Part shown: in pieces, positions 24,510 through 38,350 of the stretch
Layout: each line of letters begins with the position of its first letter
Numbering within the stretch: the first letter of the stretch is position 1
Assembly (NCBI RefSeq): GCF_018977255.1
Contig: NW_024704742.1
Span: 97,900,001-97,964,000 of the forward strand
Source of the DNA: Callorhinchus milii
Lineage: Eukaryota
Length of the DNA: 64,000 nucleotides
Reading direction: 5' to 3'
The notes under the pieces: model-generated
Told to the model about the DNA's origin: nothing
Database searches by the model: none
Seen by the model: the letters and a program-made list of their open reading frames with translations, nothing else
Program-made: the position numbers and the translations under genes

Positions 24510-24750
24510 ATGAGCTCGAGCCAACCTGCCCCAAATACTTTCCAGAATTAAGTAAACAGGATGTGTCCCTCCAGGGAGAGATTGCGTATTCCATTCCAAC
24601 AATCTATCTCTGGAATTCCCATATGCAGGTGGGATGCATGGAATTCTCAATTTGGTTTGGAGACTCAGTAGTTTGGTTTGGAGACTCTTAAGCATGGAGA
24701 CAGGTTTCTGCATGTGTCAGATCCCCTGGCTAACCCCCCAAAAAACCTGG
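24510..24750 (+). repeat. Unclassified dispersed repeat (family X) copy
   Basis: Close match to 53770-53940; internal duplication of tttggtttggagactc. Confidence 0.78.
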
Positions 24751-26009
24751 GGAAATAACTTCCAGCTTGATATTTGTATCCCTTACACTGAGAATGTTGC
24801 TCTTACCCACAAATGCAACAGCTCTTACAACCTTTCTGTTTGTACATGGGTCAATTAACAAACCTGCCCCACCTCCCTGGACAATGGACGGTGAGGTCAT
24901 TCCACTGTGCTCAGTGTTATTACTTTCTTCTTTGCTTCAAAGTGTATATTTTATTTGTTGGTTGTACTTAGCTAAATTTTGGAAGTGACTTTGGCCTTTT
25001 TGTTAGCAGCTAATCAACCCTCCTTATATATGAATAACTGGCACATTATCTAGAGTTCAGAGCTAGTAAAGTTGCCTTTTCTTTCTTTTCTCCGGATCTT
25101 TACTACATTGCTGATCTGCCTCTGAGAGACATGAAGGACTGCATCACATTCTGAAGGACCCAGGGCTGTTTCTGTCCCTTGCCTTTGCCTCATGCGTCAT
25201 TCAGACACACCACAAACTCATTTTGAGCTCATTTCCATGCCGTGTGTGATTAATAGATGTGGTGTGTAGAAGGATAAAGTGCTGCTGATTGAAAAATGGG
25301 GTAATAAAAACAAGCTGTAAAACATAAACAATGTCACATTAAAAAACAATGTCTGTATAAAAAATGACAGATTTTAGGCCATATTTACTTCAAACATTGG
25401 AGAAACAGTCGATCCTCATCATCCATTAAATAGAACCAGAATCAATTGGGATGTGTATGAGATAGGTACACAGATACTCTGGAAATAAAGGTTTAGTGAA
25501 ATATACAGCAAAGGCAGGCAAATGGTATTAAAGGTTCTGGCAAAATTTAAATGACAGAGCAGACTCAATGGACTAAATGACCCAGTCTTACACTGTGCTC
25601 ATATGTTCTTAACCAAAACAAATCAGGAGAATCCTTAGTTAAAACTGAGAAAGTAAAAAGTCTGAGTAGAATAGACATAGACACCTCCAGTGAAAATCTA
25701 CACAAAGCGGTTACCATACCCAAAGAGAACATGGCAATTACAGTCTGAGGAGAGGGATAAAGAGTCAGCAGGTTAGCATCAGGAACATGATCCAAACATC
25801 CAGCAAGATCATGTTTTAAACACTTTCCCATAGAAACAAAATAAAATACCCTGGCAATCTGAAATAAAACCAGAAGGTATTGGAAATGCCCAGCTGCTTA
25901 ATGAACATCTGAAGGAGAAAGACGCATGTGATGGTTTTAAATTGTATTTTTAAACAAATAGTTCCACCCATGTTACAGTTGAACAAATTGTGAAGAAAAT
26001 GTCCCATTG

Positions 26010-26200
26010 CTCACATACATGGGCATGCACACACAGACACAAACACAAATACGCTCATGCAGACACTAGGTACACATGGATCACACTTAATCACGTAGAA
26101 GCATTCAGACGCACACAGATTCACACACGCCTACACACACGCACACACACACACACATACATGCCCACAAATACACACAAACATATATACAGGCACAAAC
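26010..26200. repeat. Degenerate (CA)-rich simple repeat
   Basis: Direct inspection; explains the His/Thr-rich ORF. Confidence 0.85.
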
Positions 26201-26579
26201 ATGAATCAAAAAAAATCATTGTCATTGTGCCTCCAGTTACAGGAGGCAGCTGCTCAACAGTCAGCGAGACTTCCACTGTCCCACAGATGGTTGGACAGTT
26301 GGGCAGAATCTAACAAGCATCAGAGAATTCGTAAATTTTATACAGCCAAACTGTGATCACTCTGTGTGTAATCCAACTCATGCAATTTGAGTATTCACAA
26401 GTAATACTGTAATACTCATTAATACTTGAATAATACTCGAATTGCATGCTGTATTCTTTCTCATTATGTTGCTCATGTGTTTAGAGATTTGAATATCCAA
26501 GCTTAAATGCTGCTTGCATAACTGGGGACGCTCTTTTAGTGTCTCTCTCACAGCCCTGAACACATTATGAGAAAAGATA

Positions 26580-26743
26580 AAACGCAAAATACTGCAGATA
26601 CTGGAAATCTGAAAACATAAACAGAAGTTGCTGGGAACACTCAGCAGGTCAGGCAGCATCTATGGAGAAAAGAAAGTGAGTCAATGTTTTCGGTCCATGA
26701 CCCTGCCTCAGAACTCAATTTCCAGCGACTTCTGTTTTTGTTG
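26580..26743. mobile_element. Penelope-like insertion: long arm plus short inverted arm, perfect 12-bp TSD
   Basis: TGAGAAAAGATA at 26568-26579 and 26744-26755; homologous to 13209-13345. Confidence 0.85.
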
Positions 26744-27817
26744 TGAGAAAAGATATCCTTCTCTCTCCTCTAGCCCTCAATGTCTCCCAGTTTTAAACTT
26801 CCTTGTCTTTATTTTCTCAATGCGAGTGTAACCTTCTCTTCCTGCAACTTGCAAGTTTCTGAAACCAAAGCTCATTTCTGCTAACGTTATGTGAAGGAAA
26901 AGCCAAGTGGCTTTAAAAAGCTAAACACTGGATGTCTGGCAGGACTCAGAGGGTTAATCTGTTTCGCTTTTTCTCCAGACCATGAAAATAAAAGATGAAG
27001 GAAGGTAACAAAAAGATGGTGAGAAAATAATATTTGAGGGAAGGATTGACAAGTGATATTACCACTGGGTGTAATTGTGACATCGACCGACACGCTGTCA
27101 AAAGATTCAATAGTCATTAGTGGCACTGGGGGAGACTAATTATTTTTCTGCCTTTACAACAACCGCATGTTCACTATAATACCAACCATGGCAAGATAGT
27201 TTTCAATTCCTATGGTGCTGAGATACTCTTAAAATGAGATGAGGAAACTGTTACATAGTTTGGTGTTGAGATTGGGCCATACTATTCACAGGGATAACAC
27301 AGGCAAGCACAGGTAGCTGACTTTGAATGAAATGCTTTATTTTGTCAAGCTGCATTGTTTCCACGTTTATTGTGGAGATTTTATCTGCTGCGGTATCTGA
27401 CAATATTCAGTAAGCTGCAGGTCTTCTTTAGAGGAGCTCAGTTCCACTTTTCTTTCAAGTTCAAGGCCTTTTTTTAAGCTCTTCTTTTCATGCTTTGACA
27501 GGAAGAAGCCAACCTGACACTCCGTCACAGTTAACTACAGTCATGTATTCCTGGCAAGGGATCATAAGATCATGAGAAAGGTTTGGATAAAGAAGGCCCT
27601 CCTGTCTATTTCATTGCATCCATTCAGAATACCCACCCAACCATCCTTCCATTACCTCAACAACATTATTACTGAGCAGCAATGGCAAACCAAAGTTGTC
27701 AGCAGCTTTATCTTTCTTGTAGACATTGACAAATATCTTCCCTGCTGTCAGTGGCCTATGCTGAGGCTAGAGCTTCAGACCTGCTGATAGTCCTCCAGTA
27801 GCTCAGGCAGTGAGACT

Positions 27818-28760
27818 ACAACAACAATATAGCAACCTTCAGGTAGGGTAATGTCTTGGATCGCTTTACAAAGATAGAGTTGGACAATGAGCAAGGTATA
27901 GGCTTGAGAAGGTGACCACAGTGTCATACAGAGATAGGGTTTGATTCAAGACTTAAAGACAGAAGAGAGGAGGTGAGAAGAAAGGGCAGAGAGAGTGAGT
28001 TCTAGAGGTGAAGGGTGTCACTTCTTAACTGGACTATTCTAACGCCCTCCTCGCCAGTCTCCCATCCACTACCATCCATAAAATCCAGATTATTCAAAAC
28101 TCTGCCGCCCGCATTCTCACCCGCACCAAACTCCGCTCCCCGATCACCCCAGTCCTTGCCAGACTGCACTGGCTACCTGTCCCAGAGAGGATCGACTTCA
28201 AGATCCTCACCCTTATATTCAAATCCCTCCACTTCTCTGCACCCCCCTACCTCTCTGACCTCCTCTCTCCTCAAAATAGTACCCGTTGCCTTTGTTCCTC
28301 CGGGTCTGGCCTCCTTCTTGTACCCCGAGTACTCCACTCCACTCTCGGTGGCTGTGCCTTCAGCCACTATGCCCCGAGGCTCTGGAACTCCCTTCCTCAC
28401 TCCCTTCGCCTCACCCCCTCTCTTCCTATTTTCAGGTCTTTGCTGAAGACCTTTCTGTTTGACCGGGTCTTTGGTCATCTTCCTCCCCATCCCCCTGGCT
28501 CAGCCCCGGGATCCATTACTGTGAAGCGCTCTGAGACGGCGTCCAGCGTGGAGGGCACTATGTAAATCCAAGTTGTTGTTGTTGTAAGAGTTGAAGGCTC
28601 GGACTCTCATAATGCTGGGGCACCCAGGTAAGAGGGAGCTGAGCGGATGCAGCGAGCAGAAAAGTTGGATAGGTGGTGATTGGAATGATATGGAAGTGCG
28701 AGGGTGTGGATGGATTTGTAGGTGCGAGTGAGGACCTTGAAATCAACCTTGAGGTCAAGA
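27818..28760. mobile_element. Plus-strand L2 (third tail type, ~28015-28585) nested in an older minus-strand L2
   Basis: Host L2 breaks at ~28015 and resumes at ~28586. Confidence 0.8.
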
Positions 28761-29853
28761 CACCATCTGGGATTTGTTATGTTTTCACATAACACGTACC
28801 AGGGAATGACTGTAATCGTACCATCTAAAATATTAATCCTTGCATTTGATATAATGCTTTTCTTGCAAGGTGTCAAAGCACTTCACAGGTAATTGTGGTC
28901 AAGAGTAATGAATACCTGTGTAGGAGCCAAGTTTGGATATAGTGAAGATCAGCGCATATAGAGGTGGCCAGCAGCTTGCTTCCATCAAGTCTGTGTAAAA
29001 GCAACTTCAATCATTTTTATTGTTATTTCAACTTAAATATTGACCTGCTTTTAACATATAAAGTATCTCTTCAAAGAGTGAAAAGTATCTTTTCAAAGAG
29101 TGAGGAGATATTTCATATGTTTATAAGAGGCCAATATTCAAGTTGAAACAACAATAAAAATAGCTGAAGCTATTTTGACACAAATTACAGTACCCATGGA
29201 AACTGAGAGCTAAGTATTTGAACTGAAGGCAAGAAATCAGACACTTCAAGTAAAAGCAACCAGATTTTTAATGCCAAAAGTATGGGTTAAATTTCTCGAT
29301 GCAATGTTTTGACAGCTTTTACAAATCAGTTACAAAGAAATCTTCAAAAACTATCTGAGCATGTAAGAAATGACTGTCTTCCGGTGTCCTGCAGAATGGA
29401 ATTCTTCAGTGTGAGCTGTTCTGCTGCTTTTTCAGTGCAGACAATTTGTTGCACATGAATTGCAGGATTACGCAAAGTTATTTCATTGATTGTGGGTAAG
29501 GGTATAGCTGATCAATACATATAATATGTACAGTGAAACTTGCACGCAATTTCCAACATTTTATGATTCATATCATTTAGTTTGGACAAAAATCAATGGC
29601 AAATGTGAGCATCAGGCAGGCACAATGACATTGAACTGCTGCAAAAATCTCAGAGTTGTGTTGGTTGAAATTGTAAAATCATAGAAGTTTCAGAACAGAA
29701 GAAAGCCATTCACAGTGCAAGCATCGGGCGTGTCAAACCAACTCAACGAAAAATGTGACGTGTGATGTAATAATTATCACATTACCAAAATTGTAGTGCT
29801 GCTTCAAAGGATGCTGTTTTAACTAAATCTGAGCTAAACTGGTATCCCGTGAT

Positions 29854-30172
29854 ATAATGAAAAATAATAATCCTTGCATTTGATATAGCGCTTTTCAGAT
29901 CGGGAGGACGTCCCAAAGCGCTTCACAGAACACACTGCAAAGTGAATTGACTGTATATTTGTGGGCGAACGCGGCAGCCAATTGCGCACAGCAATGTCCC
30001 ACAAATAGTCGTAGATTGAAAATGACCAATTTATTATTGTTTTTGGTTTTGGAGGGATTATTATTAGGCGTGTGGAGTAAGGAAACTTGCCCAAGGTTTC
30101 GCCCTGCCTGGAATTGAACTCGGGTCTCTCGCTTCCAAAGCGAGTGCTCTAACCACTGAGCTACAGGACTCC
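29854..30172 (-). mobile_element. Young full-length tRNA(Ala)-derived SINE, CTCCC loop
   Basis: Complete GGAGTCCTGTAGCTCAG head; CpGs retained. Confidence 0.93.
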
Positions 30173-30199
30173 ACAGTCTGTAACAGCTATAGGATGCTC

Positions 30200-30740
30200 C
30201 TGGGATGATTGGGCAATCATGTTCAGCAATATTGCAAGATTGGATCTCATTCTTCCAGAACATCCACTCTACCGTTCCCCACCACGCCCCCACCACCACA
30301 GAGTCAGCTGCTTTTTAAACGTCTAGTGTCTTGGTCTCTGTCATCTTGGATTGTGAAAGCAATCTGTTCCAATCGTTAATTACCTTCTGAGTAAAGAAAA
30401 CCTTCCTGGTATCTGTCCTGAAATTGCCCTTTACAACTCTGAACCTATGATCTCTTGTTCTACTGTCTTCTTGCATGCTAAAGTGTTGATTTGGGTTCAC
30501 ATTTTCAAACCCATTTAAAATGTTGCAGACCTCTATCAGGTCTCCTCTGAGTCGACTTCTCTCAAGTCTGAATAGCCCTAGCTTGTCTAATCATTGCTCA
30601 TAGTTCATATCTCTAACACCGGGGTCATCCTCGTTGCTCTCCTCTGCTTTGCCTCTAGGGCCTGGACAGCCCCTTATGTCACAGTGACTCTGTGCTATAA
30701 TCAAGATGCAGTCTGACCAGGTACTATGCAGCCTGCGTGT
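30200..30740 (-). mobile_element. Old CR1 3' fragment
   Basis: RTRDHRFRVVKGNFRTDTRKVFFTQKVINDWNRL. Confidence 0.85.
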
Positions 30741-31624
30741 GACGTGTGGGAGCCTGTTGTAGTAATATAGCTTTGCTTATTGCTAACTATCACATCACAA
30801 ATTGCATTTTTCACACCATTATCTGAAACTCTGGGCAACAATCAACTGACTTACAAATGTTTGAACCAACAGCAGATGAAAGCAATGATGTGCAGGCTCA
30901 CTATTTATCTCACGTTAAAAAATATCCATCTATAAAGGGACAGAACCAGACACTGATCACAATGAAAGACCTTTAGCCGCGTTACCTCACCAAGTGAATG
31001 GAGAAGCTCGAAATGTTGAAACAAAAGTTTAGATATGGGAATAAAAATAGACTGTTGTCACAGAAGTGAGGAGATGGAGTTACAAAACAAACAAACAAGC
31101 AAACTGACTACACCGCATTCCAATTAAATGGAAGAGAGTGGGTGTTTTAGCAGAACATCTTCTAGAGCACACTGTGTGTCAGATCACCAGATAGTTCTGG
31201 TGGAGAAACATCTAAAACACAGTAAAAGGAAAACCAAGCATTGGCGATTGAGGTTCTAAAGTTTAATAGTTTAATAGTTTAATAAATAACAGTGTGCTGA
31301 GATCACCTGAGGCTGATTCACATCTCCTGATGTGATGGACTCCATGGCAAATGTATGGGAGCAGATTAAAAGGTTCTTCACTGCAAACTCTGGTGATGTA
31401 AAACAATGAAGAAACAAGAGTTGTGGAAATTGGAAGAATCACATGTCATTGCAGATGAAAGAGGAATATTGGAACCAGAGATACATTCAGAGCAGGCAGA
31501 TTCCACTCGTAATACGACATTCAGAGGACAGCTGTGTAAATGTGGCAGGTTATATACCACCAATTCCGTATTCTGTGGAGCTTTCCTACTTTCTCCCCTC
31601 TATGGAACAACCCTGAGATTTGCC

Positions 31625-31920
31625 CACCTCTGTTGAAGAAGGGATTGTCCTAAATGAAAATGGAGACCTTTCAGGTGCGTCATGGCAGCAGAACAAGAGA
31701 TTGTCAATTTCAGAACAGACACAAGGAAATATTTATTTGCATAAAGGATAATTAAGCGTTGGAATGGTTTGTCAGAAAGGATGGTTGAGGCCAGAACGCT
31801 GGAATATTTTTAATATTATGGGCATAAATGAGCCAGCGACTGGATGAGTATTCTGGAAGATGATATCAAACGAGCCAAACGCCCTTTTTGATCTAAATTT
31901 CTCCCGTGATCTTGTGATGA
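31625..31920 (+). mobile_element. Old CR1 3' fragment
   Basis: aatttcagaacagacacaaggaaatatttattt...tggaatggtttg. Confidence 0.65.
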
Positions 31921-32142
31921 GAAGGGCTTCAAGCCTAGCTCATTTACTTGAACCAGGAACCCTGCAATCCTATCCTTTCTTCCAACAGAAGTTCTCTCTC
32001 AAAGACAGAGAATTATTTTATTGAAATCGGGTATCAACATATCCATTCAACACCAATGCTGTGTGGTTTTGTCAGGAAATGGCCTCACAAGAATCTTCAC
32101 TTTGAGAAAGTGCAATCAGTTTCTGAACTTCATTCAATACGT

Positions 32143-32537
32143 GGAGTCCTGTATCTCAGTAGTTAGACCACTCGCCTCGCAAGCGAGAGGAGCTGGATTT
32201 GATTCCCAGGGAGGGCAAAATGTTGGGCAAGTTTCATTACTCCACACGCCTCTGTTTACCTTGCAGTAAGTAGGAACCCGGTTGTTAGTTGATTGGCAGA
32301 TCGCTTTTCCGGGAGTAATAATCTCTTCACAAAAAAAAAATAGTTTGGTTACTCAATCCACGACTGTTTGTGGGACACTGCTGTCAGTTGGATCTTCTGC
32401 TGTGCGCAATTGGCTGTTGTGTTTCACCCACAAAATATAGAGTCAATTCACTTTACAGTATATTTTGTGAAGCGCTTACAGACATCTCAAAGATGTGATA
32501 AGGTGCTATATCAAATGCAAGGATTATTATTATTATT
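32143..32537 (+). mobile_element. tRNA(Ala)-derived SINE, long subfamily
   Basis: Homologous to 5030-5402 over its full length. Confidence 0.9.
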
Positions 32538-32669
32538 TTATTACATTGTATGATCATGGAGAGCTCATCTTAGTTAAGTTCAATGTGAGCCTTGAACTGA
32601 ATGTTGAATACACAGATGAGAAGTGGGGAACAATTTGGTCGAATCTTCCTAAAATTTCTGCCAGTCATG

Positions 32670-33000
32670 GTTTGTAAGAAGGACAGTTATGGGTTTAAAC
32701 CCCATATTGGGACTTTGAGACCACAGTCTAAGATGGCATTCCACTGCAGAACTGGGGAAGCATTGTATTATCAGAAGTGTCATCTTTCAGATGAAAGAGG
32801 ATTATCTCCAAGTGCCCTGGCCAATGGTCCACAAATATATTCGCCAGCCACTTCATGCTGTTTGCAGAATGTTGCAGTGCTCAAATTGGCTACCCCATTC
32901 ACCTTCAAATACAGTCACTACACCTTACATCAATCACCTGTGAAATAGTTTGAAATGTTTTCATATTATAAGTGGTATATCAGATGCAAGGATTATAATA
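32670..33000 (+). mobile_element. Old Deu-SINE relic
   Basis: gggtttaaacccc head; catctttcagatga; tail atcagatgcaaggatta. Confidence 0.7.
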
Positions 33001-33765
33001 TACAACACCTCTGTAAATACACCACTGGTTACTTCACTGTTAACATCATATTACAAAGGCCAACATCTAAGTGAGAATAGCTTTCCACTGAGGCAAGAAT
33101 GGAGCCGCTGGAGTAGAATGCATACAAATTTCTAAGAAGATTCGACATGCAGCTGACTTGTGTACACAAACCTTCGACCAAAAAACAACTGGCAACTGGC
33201 AAATCCAGTTAAGTCTATAATGTTGATCTCGATACACAAATTAATTTTGGTGGCAACAACTTACTATGCCAGGCTATGGGCTATGTATTTGTAGGTGAAT
33301 GTGTCAGGCTGGAGAATTAATGACTGCGGCATCTGTAAGAGGATCAGAGGACGTGTGAAGAAATCTTCACTGAAGCACTGGAGCACCACAGTCTGAGGGA
33401 AAAACATCATAGATCAGATCTTTCCCCTCAGGCTTGTTTGGAAAATCTACAGGGAGTATGAGAAATGGATTTTCATATGCATTGTTGATTTAAAAGAAAA
33501 AAAAGCTTTTAATCACATTTAGCTGGAGGATATTGTGATACTACAGGTACCTCAAAACATTCTCCACATAATGTGGGCACCCGAGCCTGCATCAGGGTAG
33601 ATGTTGAAATGAATGTACGTTATGTGACCGATACGGTAGTACATGAAGGATGTATACGATCTCTCCACATTGCTTCAATAACTTACTGAAAATCATGGCA
33701 GACTTCACAAAGAACAGAGGGGTTGTAATTTGCAGCAATTGATAATGTGTTAAGTTAGTTCATTA

Positions 33766-34135
33766 CAACAACAAATTGCATTTATATAGTGCCTTTTGCG
33801 TCGGGAGTACGTCTCAAGACACTGAGCAGTCAAGAATTTGCATCCGAGCTGGGGGGTGGACTCGGGTGGTGTGGGGACCAAAGGTGGTGGAGTGTGGGGT
33901 GGGAGGGGGTAATGACCAAAGGCATGGTCAAAGAGGAAGATCTTGAGACTGACCTTGAAGGAGGCGCGGTAAGGGAAAAGGGAAAGGGACTTCAGGATAG
34001 TGTTCCAAGGAGTGAGGACAAATAGCTGAAAGCCCGACCGCTAATGGTGGGGCGGGTAGAACATGAAGCAGGCCATTATCTATTGAGCAGAGGGCACGGG
34101 TTGGTTGGTAGGAATTAAAAAAGTCACAGAGATAG
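33766..34135 (-). mobile_element. L2 3' fragment
   Basis: caacaacaaattgcatttatatagtgcc tail; L2 ORF2 end. Confidence 0.82.
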
Positions 34136-34344
34136 TGTGCAAATAACACACTGAAGACTTGAAATTCTGCCTAATTTTGACATGTAAAACTATTTTAGTG
34201 AAAGGCTAATTCATCTGGTGGATTGCTGGCCAGAGCTACCCCTCTTCTCTTTACTGCTTTTTTAAAAAAAAATCAAAAAATATCTACAGTTTTATATTCC
34301 TAAGAATCCTTACATTTGATATTACTCGTTTTACCTTTCTCCTA

Positions 34345-34550
34345 GAAGAGAAGGGAGTGTCCTGGCCAACAGTCCTCCAAATAAAATTGGTTACTCACTC
34401 CATGGCTGTTTTGAGGCATTGGTGTGTGCAAGTTGGCTGCCGCATTTGCCTGCAAAATACACATTTCAAACACTTTATAGTATTTCCTGTGAATCACTTT
34501 GAGACATCTTGAAGAAGTGGTAAGGCATTATATCAAATGCAAGGATTATT
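34345..34550 (+). mobile_element. Deu-SINE 3' half
   Basis: gtgtcctggccaac...tatatcaaatgcaaggatta. Confidence 0.75.
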
Positions 34551-36209
34551 TAACATTCAAAACATCTCCCTTGATGTGAAAGGCGGCGATCTGGAAGACA
34601 TCTCAAGCGCTTCACAGGATTTACTGCAAAGTGTAATGTGTAGGTGAACATGGCATATTTTATAGTGACAGAGAATATTTACAATAGCACTGCAACGCAA
34701 CTAGTTTGTCAGCCTCTGCAAGTGTCATGCCAGGTTTCGCCTACACTCAGTTTCTTTGCTATTGTGATTACAAACCTCGATGGAAAAAGAAACACAAAAA
34801 ATCTCCGTGTTCAACTCCAACAGAAAACATCAGGTTGCAGTGTTTGCTTACGTGATGTGCTATTTGTTATCCAGAGATGGTAACATAAACCTTGACGCAT
34901 TCTGGACATGAATTACTGAGAGTGAAATGCTACAAAAAGTTTTGTAATCAACAAATCATATGTTAGTCAATGGATCCAAAAATAATTTGGCGTCTTCTTT
35001 GTCTGTGTAAGACATGAACGGCTAGTCACCCAATGACTGGGCAACTTAGTTTGGCTAGCCTGCAATTATCTTGTTGCAAGTTGCAGTTACACCCTGCGCC
35101 AAAGCTGTGTGGTGCTTACAGTGCACGCGTTCTAAGGTTATAAATCTTGAATTTACTGAAAAACAAAGCCACATCTCTATTTAATAAAACAAATGAGCTG
35201 AAATTACACTTCATTTGTTTCCATAAATAGGAGTTCACAAATTCCACCCCTCCCTCAAGCTCCGGGATATTTTCAATTAGAGCCAGTTTTGATTAAGGGG
35301 TGTGGAGACGTCCCATTGTCCGGTTTGCTGGCAGTTTCCTGAGTGATTTGATGTTATGCCAAGATCTAAATTTAGTTCTTGAGTTTTATGTAGGTCTGCA
35401 GTGAATCCTTCAGGCAAAATAAACACACATTGGGGTGAAAAATGCTTCTTAACAGATTTGATGTGTGATCACATTGTATCTGCTCAGAAACTTTGCAATT
35501 TTCAAATTTTACTAAAGATTGATTGGGTGTAAACAGATCTCTCTACCCTGCCTTCAGCACAATGGTTGGACCCAAAGCCAGTTCAGAGACTTCAGTGTTG
35601 CTATTTTTACAATTTACAGCTTACATTTATGTAGCACCTTTCATGTCTTTGTTGTTTCTATGAGCTCCGATTGCTGTTGCTGGTTCTGTTTCACAATATA
35701 CTCTAAGCAGCTTTTCACAAATAAAGTGTTGCAAATTGGCAGCTATTTCCACACTTTAAAGTCATCTGGGTGATGAGGGTCTCACGTACTAAGATCAATC
35801 CAACACAAAGATGTCTTGTCCTAATAATCAGGAGGAGCTCCACTGCAAAGAGGACTGACCGGACCTTGTAGCTCTAATCATGTAAACTAGTTGGTAAAAT
35901 ATGTCTTCAAATCCTTGCACGATGAGTTCTCAATTTTAGCCCTGTCACTAGGAAGAAATGGATTGCAGATAAATCACTGGTAGGATGATACTTTGTGCCA
36001 TTCTTATGTGTTGCAGCACGTAGTTACAATCTAGCATTCATAGAGGCCAGCTGATAGGAAATCACCAGCTCCTTTCTGGTCCAGGAAAAATGTGCTGTGC
36101 AGGGAAACATCAAAAAAAAAAGCAATATCACAAGATTCGTTTGGATGAAGAAAATGCTTTGGCCCATTTGACCTCATCCCTATAGAACACTCACTCACTC
36201 AACCACCCT

Positions 36210-37510
36210 TCATAGAATCATAGAATTATACAGCGCAGAAGGAGGCCATTCAGCCCATCGTGTCTGTGGCGGCTCTTTGAAAAGAGCTATCCAAATCAAT
36301 CCCACTCCCCCGCTGTCTCCCCATAGCCCTGCAAACTTGTCCTCCCCAAATAATTATCTCCTTCTCTCTTAAAAGTTGTTATCGAATCGGCTTCCAACAC
36401 CCTTTCAGGCAATGCATTCCAGATCTGAACAACTCGCTGTGTAAAAAAAATTCTCCTCACCTCTCCTCTGTTTCTTTTAACAATCATTTTAAATCGGTGT
36501 CCTCTGGTTACCGACCCACCCACCAGTGGAAATTATTTCTCCTTGTTCACCCTATCCAATCCCCTCATAATTTTGAAAACTTCTGTTAAGTCTCCTCTTA
36601 ACCTTCTCTGCTCCAAGGAGAATAATCCTAGCTTCCCTAGCCTCCCCTGATAACTGAAGTCCCTCATTGCTGGTACCATCCTCGTAAATCTCCTTTGCAC
36701 CCTCTCTAATGCCTTGATATCCTTCCTAAAGTGTGTTGCCCAGAACTGAACACAGTGTTTTATAAAGGTTCATCATAACTTCCTGACTTTTGTATTCTAT
36801 GCCCCTATTTATAAAGCCTAGTATTCCGTATGCCTTTTTAACAGCTTTATCTACCTGTTGTGCCACCTTCAAAGATTTACTTATATGAACCCCCCGGTCT
36901 CTCTGTTCCTTCACCCCCTTTACGATTGTACCATCAGCTTATATTGCCTCTCCTCATTCTTCCTCCCAAAATGCAGCACTTCGCATTTCTCTACATTAAA
37001 CTTCATCTGCCACGTGTCTGCCCATTTTACAAGTCTGTCTATGTCCTCTTGCAGTTTACTACTATCCTCCTCACTGTTTGCTACTTTTCCTAGCTTAGCA
37101 TCATCCGTAAACTTGGAAACTGTACTCCCTATACCCAAGTCCAGGTCATTTATATAGATCAAAAATAGCAGTGGTCCCAATAATGACTCCTGGGGATCAC
37201 CACTTCCCTGCAGTCAGAAAATCACTCTCTGCTTTCTGTCTCCCAGCCAGTTCTGTATCTATGCTGCCACTATCCCTTTAATACCGTGAGCTTCTATTTT
37301 GCTTAAAAGTCTCTTATCAGGTTTATTAGACATGATCTGCCTTTAACAAATCCATGTTGGCTGTCCTTTATTAACCCACATTTTTTAAAGTGAAAATTTA
37401 TTTTGTCCCTGATTATAATCTCTAGAAGCTTCCCACTGGCATTAGGCTGACTGGCCTGTAGTTCCCAGGTTTATCCTTCTGCCCCTTTTTGTACAGGGGA
37501 ATAACATTTC
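36210..37510 (-). mobile_element. CR1 LINE, 5'-truncated (RT to 3' tail)
   Basis: GPLLFLIYINDL...KFTDDAKL...WQMKFNVEKC; tail catagaatcatagaa. Confidence 0.93.
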
Positions 37511-37534
37511 TATTTTATTCTATTTTTTATTTCT

Positions 37535-38350
37535 AGTCTATTCTGTGAAGCACTTTGAGACATCTAGAAGACGTGAAAAGCGCTATATCAAATGCAAGGA
37601 TTATTATTATTATTAACGTTGTGGGTTGCCTTCCTGGCAACCTTTTCCCTCTAATTACCTTCTGAGTAAAGCAAAACATCCTGGTATCTAATAATGATAA
37701 TAATCCTTGCATTTGATATAACATCTTATCATATCATCAAGACGTCTAATGTGCTTCACAAGATATACTGTAAAGTGAATTGACTGTATTCTGTGGGCGA
37801 ATGCGGCAGCCAATTTGCTCACAGCAATGTTCCACAAATACCCATGGAGTGAATGACAACATTTATTTGGGGAATTGTTGGCCAGTACACCTGGCGAAAC
37901 TCCATCTCTTTCCAAATAGTGCCATGGGATCTTTAATGAAGTTCAGACCTGAAATTGCCCTTTGCGAGTCTAAACCTTGTGCCCACTTTTTCAACTGTCT
38001 TGGTGCATCCTAACATATTGATCTGGGTTAATGTTTTCAATCCCATTTTAAAATTTTATACGCCTGTATGAGACCCCCTCTGTGTCATCTTCTTTCAAGA
38101 CTGAAGAGCCCAGCTTTCCAAATGTTGCTCAAAGATGATTCCTCAAACATTGCGGATCATCCTTGTTGCTCTCCTGTGCACTGACTGCAGGCTCTGGACA
38201 GCCCCTTTTTGTCGCAGTGACCAGACTGTATGCAGTACTTTATATACAATCTAACCAGAACAATATTTAGCTTGAGAATGATGTCTGGGCATCTAAACTC
38301 AACTGATTTAGCATTATAGCACAGCATCCTGTGTGGCTTATTTATTGGCA
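37535..38350. mobile_element. SINE tail (+, 37535-37615) and Deu-SINE (-, 37690-37935) within an old minus-strand CR1
   Basis: CR1 sequence cctggtatct breaks at ~37690 and resumes at agacctgaaattgccc (~37945). Confidence 0.72.

Noticed and set aside
25990..26313. His/Thr-rich ORF
   Set aside because: Translation of a degenerate CA repeat.
26958..27025. Plus-strand micro-exon (good acceptor ttcgctttttctccag, donors gtaaca or gtgaga)
   Set aside because: The peptide is unrecognisable and there are no supporting neighbouring exons; chance occurrence is likely.
30100..30172. tRNA-Ala gene
   Set aside because: The cloverleaf is fused to a SINE body and tail, is multicopy and has no terminator; it is a SINE head.
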